Of a DNA stretch of 12,986 nt, positions 1 to 12,986 are shown piece after piece (position 1 is the first letter of the stretch; the number at the start of each line of letters is the position of its first letter). Source of the DNA: Azolla caroliniana. Taxonomy: Eukaryota; Plantae; Polypodiophyta. A program made the position numbers and the translations under genes. Where the stretch lies: positions 1 to 12,986 of the forward strand of contig JBHGNT010001008.1 of assembly GCA_043228905.1 (NCBI GenBank), written 5' to 3'. Below the pieces are notes generated by a model. That model was not told the DNA's origin. It was given only the letters and a program-made list of their open reading frames with translations, and made no database searches.

Positions 1-52
1 CTCTTAACAATTTATTGAGTAACAAATTCTCTCGCACGGATTTAGCCTTTAG

Positions 53-4093
<4,041 letters not shown>

Positions 4094-4446
4094 ATTGTTA
4101 AGAGCAACATAGATCCTTACACAATATAATGCCTTGGTAGAAGACGTGGCATTTGTGGATGCAATGTGAGCAATTGTCACGATAGGTAGTTTATTGCATG
4201 AGTGGCTGAAAATTTGTGTGGAATCACATATTTTTTCCATTCATCATTTCTTTTTTCTTTTCACTTTTGGAGGGCAAACTTCATCTTGCCTACATTCTCC
4301 ATAATGTGGATGGAATTGTGTATATCTTTTGATGTATAACCTTTTGTGGTTGCCTACTAGAAGAGCTCCACTTTGTCAAAATGGCAAGAAGGTATAGAAG
4401 AAAAGCAAACACCTTTGAGGGGTGCACATGCGGAGAAAAGATAAAA

Positions 4447-4452
4447 AATAAA
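4447..4452 (+). promoter_or_regulatory. Possible polyadenylation signal of the JmjC gene
   Basis: AATAAA about 350 nt after the stop, with U-rich sequence up- and downstream. Weak evidence in AT-rich DNA. Confidence 0.25.
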
Positions 4453-6193
4453 AATATTTTTTGACATTTGTTCTGATGTCTCGTGCCCATCAGAAAATCA
4501 TTTATTGACTGTCAAAGAAGATTGATTGATATATGGGAAGTATAAGATTACTTGTGACAAATTGGGTAATAATCTGTAAATTGGCTATATACGTTTGTAT
4601 CATATGCAAAGGTTTTTTTTCCTCTACTTGTTTGTGGAAAGCCACCTAGTAAAAACCATTTTTGGTTGCAGTCTCACGACTTAATCAAAACAAATATTTG
4701 CATGGGTGATAGTTGCTTTTCTCGCCATCTTGAGAATGACTGAAGAATATGAAGATGTTTACAAATTCAAGTTGAAAGAGGTGCTTGAAAGAGATGTATG
4801 GCTTGCACACATGGATGCTAATTGGTCGACCATTATTATTAGTTGTGTTATCGTAGATGGGCTTTGCTTGCATAGTATGAATCAAAATCCAATAGATATG
4901 AAGAGAATCTTTGAAAATATTCATGTGATGGGATGAGCATACTAGATGGGTCAAATTGTGTAGGGATGAGAATACAATTATATCGACATCTAATGTAGTT
5001 TTAATTAAAAGAAACCTTTAGACAATAGAAGAAGAGAATACATGTTTGGATAGCATTATTGTATGATTCTTGCAATACTAGTTTGATCCTTCTATTTCCA
5101 TATATGGACGTTCAACACTTTGACAATAATAAGCATAATTAGAGTCTTAGGCATAATAATTGGTGTATTCACTTGCACATACCTCCTATAATAAATTTTC
5201 TAGAGTGAGAAGTGCATGAAGAACAAACATATGTCTAGGGGATTTCGTGAAGTATCTCCAAATATTTCTACCCCTTCATATTGGGAGTGATAGATTTCAC
5301 AATATGTATGAGCATCATTGTTGGTCTATTTTATATTGAATTCCATCCTTGAAAATAATTATATAGATACTTTGTATTTATGATTGATACATGGAGATCA
5401 CATATTGTTGAAGAAAAGGCTGAAATACATTATCACCTTAGGTACCAACTATTTCAACAAATTTGTATAGGGATAGTTTAACAATATGTAGCAACAATAG
5501 TCCCGACTCTCAATGATACAAGGTAATTGGCATGATAATTCCATGTTATTAATGATGGCAACAAGTACATAGGGTAAAGGGAGCATTTGATAGGTTGGGC
5601 CACTACTTCATACAAAATGTGATCATGGAAACCTTATGTTCTAATTTTCTATGGGACAAACATGTGTAGCTACATTGATGGTTTTGAAATCTTGTAGAGG
5701 CATATATTTGGTTAGGAACTTTATGTATATATGTGGGAAGTACATGCTTATTCATACCCTTTCTGGCATGGAATTCAATTGCCATCAATGTTCTTACAAA
5801 GGATATGTTGAGACAACGCCACAATTTTGAACCATTCATTTGCTGGGAGATCTAGCCTTCCATATGACCTAGCACGAAGACAAAATATTGTTTATTTTGC
5901 ACCAATAATTGTAGATGCTTGTCTTGTCACCGACATAGATATCTTCCTTTAGAATGAGGAAATTTACTTGGTCACAATGGAGGTTTTACGTAAAAGGAAT
6001 AACATCAACCCTTCAAATGGTAATGACATTAAGTGGTGACCATTAAAAATCTCATATGATGAGGAATACATGTATGTATCAAGTTTAAGTTAAAAGTTAT
6101 ATGGTAAGTATTTGATTCACACTCCTTTTCTATGTACTAAAAAGGTAACTTGGTGTAGTGTTTGACACTTGTCAAGGCCATGGTTGCCTTATA

Positions 6194-6241
6194 GAAGAAG
6201 AAGAAGAAGAAGAAGAAGAAGAAGAAGAAGAAGAAGAAGAA
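6194..6241. repeat. (GAA)16 trinucleotide microsatellite
   Basis: Perfect run read directly. Confidence 0.97.
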
Positions 6242-8524
6242 AAGGGTCTTTCTCGTAGCACTAATGGACAAGCTACAAGAAAATATCCATGGAGTTGAGT
6301 GAGAGAAGCAAAAGAAGAGACGAGAAGATGATATAAGCGAAGGGGGTCGTCATCATCATGATCATGAGGGAATTGCCAGGAGTTCCAGTAGAAAAGATGT
6401 AGAGGTCGGTCATGATGACACACCTTTGCCACTGTGTGTTCAAGTTGTGCAAGAAGGTATTGAAGTCGAGCATGAGCGGCCTTCTTTCATGCAGAAGGTG
6501 ATGGGCAAAGTAGGCTATGGAGATATTGGGAAACATGAGGTATTAGAGGGAGAAAATAATCATCATCATGGACATGAACAACTACAATAACAAAATATGG
6601 CTAGAGAAGATGTTGGATCAAGAGACTCGGATGATGTCTCGGTGCCTGGTGTCCGCGTTGTGGTGGAAGACGTCGAACAAGATGTGGACTCCTCTCTTGT
6701 GGACAAGATGAAGGGCAAAATCTCCCAGAGGCTAGAGAGGAAAGAAGAGCATGCCCAACATGGTCTTCAATCCTTCTTTCCCTTATGAATCATATACATA
6801 AAGTTGGTATTTTGGTAGATGTTCATGTCCAAATGATCATTTAGCTTTGGCAAACTAGAAGTTCTTGGATCGAGTCATTTTTGTTTTGCTTACTATGATT
6901 GTACTCTAATTCATGAGAGTTGATCTATACATAGATTTAACTTTCACTTTGTGATCTCGTTAAGTTTGTTTGTTCTCCCATTTTCCAACAAGTCGTTTGA
7001 AGAAACATTGTTGGCTATGTTCTTATTGTGTTTTATGAGACATCGACAAAATTTGTTGCAATGTTTTTTGCCCAATTGTTGGCTTGAAAATATATACACG
7101 ATGTGAACTTTCATATGCCAAGAGTAAATTTAGTTATTTGGTCACTATGCTTGAATCTTATTATATGTGAAAGTTTCATCAATCTTTAAATCATGGACAT
7201 ATTTTATTATATATGTGGGTCATCTTTTAGAGTCTCTTTAATTTGTAAAATGCGTTGCACTCCTTAGCAAACAACCTTGCTTAGAAATGATAGAAATTGT
7301 CATTTTAGATGGATAGTTGCTACCATGAATTTCAAATAATGTCTTTATTTAAGCATATGATACGTTTTTTGCGGTTTGAATCTTGATTTAAAGAGTGGTT
7401 CAATTCAAGAAGCATTCTATTTGACAAGCCTAGCTATTCACAAATGAATGGCCACTTTAATTATTAACTTAATCTTTTGTGAGAATGTAGAATCGTTACT
7501 TGGAGTGGATAAGATTTAACTAGATTCCAACGTGGAATTGCTCCTTAAATCGTTATTTAGAACATAGTGGGAAGATCAAGATCTATGACCCACCACATAT
7601 TGAATGAATCTTAATTATGTGTGGCAAGCTTAATGTTCATATGGTTGAAATGTGAAGATGATTTGTATGGCAAACTTACTACAAATGGTTGGTGTGACAA
7701 ATCTCAAAGGTATGACAAGTTGTGGGAAAATGGAGAAACAAAATTGATCTTCGTATATATCCTTACATGGTCTAGAATGGTTGGTGTGAACCTTATTGCC
7801 TACACTCTCTCCATGCAAAACATCAAAACAGTAGCTTTGAAGTTTAAATTTGATAGGTTTATAGGAAATCTATTTTGAATATCCTTAAAACTTCACCTAG
7901 CTTTAGCTAAGCCTAAAGTTTGACAAAATATATATTATGGAGAAGATCCTTGAACTTGTTTTAGAAATTAGACAAGAAAGTATGCACATTCAAAACATTG
8001 CCCACAATGGCTGAAGAAAATAGAAATAATGGATTATCCACTTCTAGGTTTGACCAACCGCATCGATAAACCCTAATGCAAGTAAATCTCAAACTAAGCA
8101 AGGCAAGTTTTGTGTGCAAGAGACATGGATTGACAGGTGGTTTCCATGTAGTCTATCGATTAGATTTGAATTAAATAAAGGCCAACCTATTAACTCACTA
8201 GATTCTCTACCCACTTTACACTAGTACCACTTACATTGGAGGATACATGAGAAACTAGATTTAGAAGTGTACTTCACCGTTAATCATGTCTCAAGAGCCA
8301 ATATGTGCTTTGAACTTGGTACTCATGAACTTTGTATTTATGCACAATGCCTTGGTCTCACATGTAGTGCCACCCATTTTTGTGAAAAAGAGCCATGAAC
8401 AAGAGGAACTTAGTCATGAATGCCACATGTTAGATATTTAGATAACATGCAGAAGAGAACGTTTGACTAGAATGAAAACATTTCCTAATAGAACTAAAGA
8501 TTATAGAAATGTGATAGCAAGGGG

Positions 8525-8633
8525 AATCAACACTCTAACTAAAAGAAATCTCTCACATAGGGTTAAAAATAAAGGTTATGGAAAGGTATTTAGGAAGTAT
8601 AATCAATATTCTAACTAAAAGACACCTCTCACA
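8525..8633. repeat. 33-bp direct repeat pair (8525-8557, 8601-8633)
   Basis: aatcaacactctaactaaaagaaatctctcaca vs aatcaatattctaactaaaagacacctctcaca, 29/33 identical. Confidence 0.85.
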
Positions 8634-9388
8634 CAAAGTTCAACTCTGGTTGGCAGAAATAAACACAATAAAAGATTTCTCGAAGTCAGAATTAGAAGCC
8701 ATGGTTGAAGAGCTTTTGAAAGCTAGATGATTCACACTTGATTCTAGCCAAAAATCCATATATGTTTAAGCCTTCTACAAAATATGATCACATTGAGCAC
8801 TATAATGAAGTCATTAGCCCTATAAACACATCTCTAATGTGATCGGAGTGGCATAGCCTCTAGACCCACAAAACTAAATCTATCACATTTTGCTCTTGAA
8901 AATCATTATGGAGCTCCTCAAGCTCTCTAAGCACTTCTATAGTCTTTTAAGGGAGTTCGCTTGCTACAATAATTTAGGCAAAATGGAATTGAAGATTTTG
9001 AGCATTGTCTTAAATCCGTAGCAATGGCACGGGTGGAAATTTCATTCCTTGCCACGCTTTATTCTTGTTATCCTAACTAATCTAGAATTGAGATCAACCT
9101 TATTGTTGGCAAGATGGATTGGAGGGGTTATCGACCCACTACAAGCCTACAAGCAAACAATAGAGAATAAAGCAAGGAAACTCTAAGCCTAATTCCTTAG
9201 TGTGCATAAGAAGTGTAAAGTTTTAATAAGTCAACACTATCTAGACTTCTTCAAAACTATATGTTACATAGATGTATTGTAACCAATTATATCACAATTA
9301 CCAAACAATTTATACATTTGCCTCACGTTTGGCTTGGTAGTTCATCCATGCTCTTTTTCTAGATGACCTTGTCTTTTCGATATCTTGG

Positions 9389-9389
<1 letters not shown>

Positions 9390-9439
<50 letters not shown>
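9390..9439. repeat. (CT)25 dinucleotide microsatellite
   Basis: Perfect run read directly. Confidence 0.97.
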
Positions 9440-9441
<2 letters not shown>

Positions 9442-9539
9442 ACAATAATTATTCAAATAATGAATTTATTATTGGATAAGTAATAGGTAATAGGTTGCAT
9501 AATGAATTTGAATAAACTAAACACAAAGAGTTTCTCTTT

Positions 9540-9642
9540 TTTTTCATGAGAAAATATCCGCCATTTGCATTAAAATTAAAGTGGCCAGAGGCAATATACA
9601 AAGTAGTCCAATATTACAATGAATATTGTGAAGCCATGCCGA
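9540..9642 (-). mobile_element. Probable very short retroposed 3'-end fragment (LINE/SINE tail) with target-site duplication
   Basis: Flanked by acaaagagtttctYttt at 9523-9539 and 9643-9659 (1 mismatch). T-tract at the left end (poly-A on the minus strand). The right repeat ends at TTTT/A. Confidence 0.45.
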
Positions 9643-9783
9643 ACAAAGAGTTTCTTTTTACATGGATAAATGGAAACATGACGACAATGGTGAAGTGGAT
9701 GAATAATGCATACGAGTCATGAGGGGCACAAGCACAAAGTAAAATTATTGTGTCCATACATCATGTAAGAGACTTAAATTTCG

Positions 9784-11393
9784 AATCTTCGTAAATGCCC
9801 ATCACAATTTTATTTTATTTTATTTTTTCTGATGAGAGGGGTGTATTGCTTAGAAGTAGATCACAATTACAGTGGGCTGAGTTGGATAATGGTATAACTG
9901 CCATGGTAGCCTCTTGGGGAAATTATGTTTGTCATCTTAATAATTCACAGCTAGATGCTACCATGTGTAAGGGTTTTAGACCTACGTTTTATGCAATTCA
10001 ATTATCTTTAGGGAATTTTCTCTCTAATTGGTCACATTCTTTTGTTCATGTTTGGTTTGGATATTTTACTCCGATTGGTGTTATGATAGGAACAAAAGGA
10101 ACAACGTCTCATGGAGACTGTTACTATTTTGATGTATTTGAGGAAGGAAGATTATGGAAAACTGGTCAATTTGGCAAACGGCATTGCAACATCCAGTAAG
10201 AGTGATTGGTAAATCTAACAAAAAGTGGATTTTAGATCTTTCTCCTTCTGATAGTATGTTATTTTACCAACTATGGTTTTTTAAAAAAAAAGTCGTTGTT
10301 GGACTTGCATTGGGACCCATTAGATTATCTTTGGAAACATACAAATCCTTCATCTCATACTAAATTTATTTAGTTTTTTCAATATTCTGTGAAGTTGGGA
10401 CGAAAGTTGCTCTTAAGTAGAAAATTGCATCCGCCATCTGTTATGAAAGTGTGGTTGGCGAATGGGGCCTCTTTAATGGATGCATCTAAATATTGGAAGT
10501 GGTTATGGAGTATGCAGATTCCCAGGAAGCTGGTTCGGGCTTGGTTACGACAACTAAATAGTAAGTCATGTGGATTTGGTTGTGGATGTATGATGCAATC
10601 AATTAAGCATGTATTGTGTTCGTGTCCTAAAATTATGCAAGTTTGCCAAAGCATATTAAGGTTGTTGATATTGATACATGCTAATTGTGTGATTACTTGG
10701 GGTGTGGTTAGGTGGGGCATTCTAGAGGGACACTTGTTGTTATATGAAAAGGATGATATAGTGGAAGCCTTTCACATAGTTTCTCCTCATATACAAATGG
10801 TTCAACCTTCTATAAGTGATAGTTTGCAATTTAGGGATACTATTATTTGGAAGACAATATCATCTATTCTGATGTGGGTAATTTGGAAGGCACGGTGTAC
10901 ATCCGTATTTGACAACGCCACTTAGGATGTTTCTGTTATAATTGCTAAATTCTGGTTTTTACTTATTCATACATTACATGGTCAGTATGAAAGTTGTACA
11001 TGCAACGTTGATGCCATTTTCAGGAAGCAAATGCATTTTAAAACGTTATGGGATTCAATGCTCATTTTTAGGGAAGATGGAGATCACATAATATCGATGT
11101 ATACTGTTCCCATCATTTTGGGAAACAATGTCTACTAACTTCGTTTATGGACACTCTATTGCTACAGATTTTGTGATGTAGGTTACATTGGATGCTCAGT
11201 TGTAGTTTGGCAGGAGTAGACCATAACAATCTTGGAGATATGGTGTACAAATATGTGTAGGTCTTGTATAGACACATGAAATTAGCTATGATGTGAGCAC
11301 AATGGAGTCGATTGGTGTACTCCTTTATCCAACACAACTTTTGTATTTCTTGTGATTTTATAATACCAAGGCGTATCTCTTTTCAAAAAGAAA
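9784..11393 (+). mobile_element. 5'-truncated, disabled non-LTR retrotransposon (L1-type LINE): ORF2 C-terminus with CCHC zinc knuckle, 3' UTR and A-rich tail
   Basis: Fragmented frames (9795-10199, 10154-10363, 10389-11138 with in-frame TAG 10923-10925) encode YWKWLWSMQIPRKL, CGFGC..SIKHVLCSCP and LMWVIWKARCTSVFD, typical of the L1 ORF2 C-terminus. Tail aaaaagaaa 11385-11393. TSD aagaKacttaaatttcg at 9767-9783 and 11394-11410. Confidence 0.9.
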
Positions 11394-11959
11394 AAGATAC
11401 TTAAATTTCGTCTTAGATCAGTCTCTCAATAAGAATCAACAAAAACACTTATGCATCTTTTCTTATTTGAAAGATCTTTTCCCTTATAATTCCTTACAAT
11501 GATCAACATCGTGAGCTTGCACAAGTCATGCATTACACACAACTATTCTTGGTGGGATAAGATATGTAATTGAGTGCTAGAATGTTGATGCCATTTCCTT
11601 ATCCTCTACCACACATATCTATGTATTATCCACTTTCCGCATGGGCATGGAAATGCACAATGCAGTATAAAGTCGTAAGATTGAAAATATAGTTGGAGCA
11701 AAGAGATAGTCAAGACTCAAGAGCTCGAGAGTAGTATCTTAGGTTAGGAAAATCCTAGTGAAAAAGAAAAGAGAAATCCTTGGGAAGCCTAAAAGCTTTT
11801 GTCATATGTTAGATGTCCAAATATCATAAATGGAGATCGTTTTGTTATACATTTTGGAAAAACACAAAGTTTACTTTTGAATTAGCTTTGTAGCCATTAG
11901 GAAGCTACAAAAGAAGGCCAATGGGCATGCAACATATTATTGGGGGAAGTAGCACAATA

Positions 11960-12416
11960 ATTGGGTCTTTTGGCATACTATTACGTCATTGGCTCTTTGG
12001 ATAATATGGAAAGCGAGATGTGATTCTGTTTTTAACGATGTCCACATACAACTCAACACTATGCTTATTGAATTTTGGATGTTGTTTTGTTCACACACTA
12101 CATGGTCAATATGATGATCTGCAGGGTTTTGATGATGTTTTGTGGCAACGACAAGTGGCCTTTAAGAACCGATGGCAAGGACTTCAATTATTTTCAGATA
12201 CAACTGCTAGTTCGAAGTGGATTTATGCCATACCTTCTTTTATGTTGGATAGTGGATAGTACTGTTCTACTTGTTCATATATGACATGATCTGTTTGATC
12301 TGATGTACTAGCTTTTGTATCTTACAATAAGAAGTGAGATGAAATGTCTCCTCCTGTTTTTTCTATGTAGGCTTTTCAATAATATACTAAGGTGTATCTT
12401 CCTTTAAAAAAATAAA
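11960..12416 (+). mobile_element. Second, shorter 5'-truncated LINE copy of a related family (ORF2 extreme C-terminus, 3' UTR, A tail)
   Basis: FWHTITSLALWIIWKARCDSVFND..EFWML/VHTLHGQY (frameshift near 12087, stop 12257-12259) aligns with copy 1 (IWKTISSILMWVIWKARCTSVFDN..KFWFLLIHTLHGQY). Same 3' terminal motif and A tail 12406-12416. The 5' boundary is approximate and no TSD was found. Confidence 0.85.
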
Positions 12417-12549
12417 GAGATTTGGAAAGAAAAGTTCTTTTCAAGAATTTGTGGATAAGTAAATGGGACTTCTTTTTTTCCATAAAAAATGTGAAACGTT
12501 TTGTATCAAACAGTTGAGATTTTGTATCGTTACTCATGGACCCTCTTAG

Positions 12550-12986
12550 AATCACTTGCTCGCATCAATGTGGTATGTTGTGTCAACCTGGTTATTTTCA
12601 CGTTCTATTATATTGAAATTACAACGCTTAGTTTGTAATTTTATTTGGGGTGCTTTGTTGGGATCAAGGGTTGTTGCAAAAGTTGCTTGGTTAGTTTTAA
12701 TACGGCCAATAAGTGAAGGTGGATTGGGCTTAATAGATCCTATGCTCCAGAGTTAGGCCCCTCTTGCAAAGCATGTTGTGAGAGGATTTATGTCTGGGGA
12801 TGAGTTGTGGAAAAAGTTATGGTTGTTATATCTTCGCAACATTAAGCCTACCATAGGAGGACAGTGGCAGGATAGTTTTAGATGGTTGTTTAATTTTGAA
12901 TTTCCAATTAAGGCTCAAAATGTTGGTTCTAGGAGATTTTTTACAGGTATTTTGAGGGCATGGAAGGACATTAGAGAGGCTCTCCT
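12550..12986 (+). mobile_element. Third LINE ORF2 fragment (region just downstream of the RT domain), 5'-truncated, runs off the window
   Basis: LLASMWY..LQRLVCNFIWG..AKVAWLVLIRPISEGGLGLIDP matches the L1/Tx1 VAWxxLxxPxxEGGLG motif. In-frame TAG 12754-12756, then the frame stays open to the window end (..LWKKLW..ILRAWKDIR). Confidence 0.88.

Noticed and set aside
6172-6788. Poly-Ser ORF 6172-6432, ORF 6273-6536 and acidic ORF 6597-6788 as real genes
   Set aside because: Poly-Ser comes from the GAA repeat; no domain motifs or convincing exon structure.
6900-8500. AT-rich stretch with short ORFs 7621-7878 and 7630-7818
   Set aside because: No recognisable protein, RNA gene, PBS/PPT or repeat structure by eye.
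10379-11337. Minus-strand ORFs 10379-10720 and 11113-11337
   Set aside because: Antisense to the LINE ORF2 remnant and its 3' UTR; no independent support.
11821-11880. attttggaaa..aaagttt..ctttt as a TSD partner for the sequence after LINE copy 2 (12419-12440)
   Set aside because: Needs several indels and is not adjacent to the recognisable 5' end; likely chance in AT-rich DNA.

Overview
Eukaryotic, AT-rich land-plant genomic DNA (possibly a fern or other non-seed plant; this cannot be confirmed from the sequence alone). Bases 1-4093 hold the 3' part of a spliced + strand gene for a plant KDM5/JARID1-type (PKDM7, JMJ14/16/18-like) H3K4 demethylase. Six exons are visible (119-280, 552-917, 1208-2531, 2782-2882, 2994-3179, 3956-4093; 758 codons plus stop). 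They encode the C-terminal half of JmjC, a C5HC2 zinc finger, a long linker, FYRN and FYRC; the 5' exons lie outside the window. The linker contains a 126-bp (42-aa) tandem triplication whose units each carry a DLNxxP-type EAR motif, plus an LxLxL EAR and a KLFG motif. This suggests a demethylase with multiple co-repressor-recruiting motifs and is the most interesting signal. The last intron appears to be GC-AG with a compound microsatellite fused to its donor, and another intron holds a 118-bp foldback element. The rest is intergenic: microsatellites, heavily decayed repeat-like DNA (about 4.6-9.3 kb) and, from 9.5 kb, a cluster of 5'-truncated L1-type LINE insertions, one with a clear 17-bp target-site duplication.
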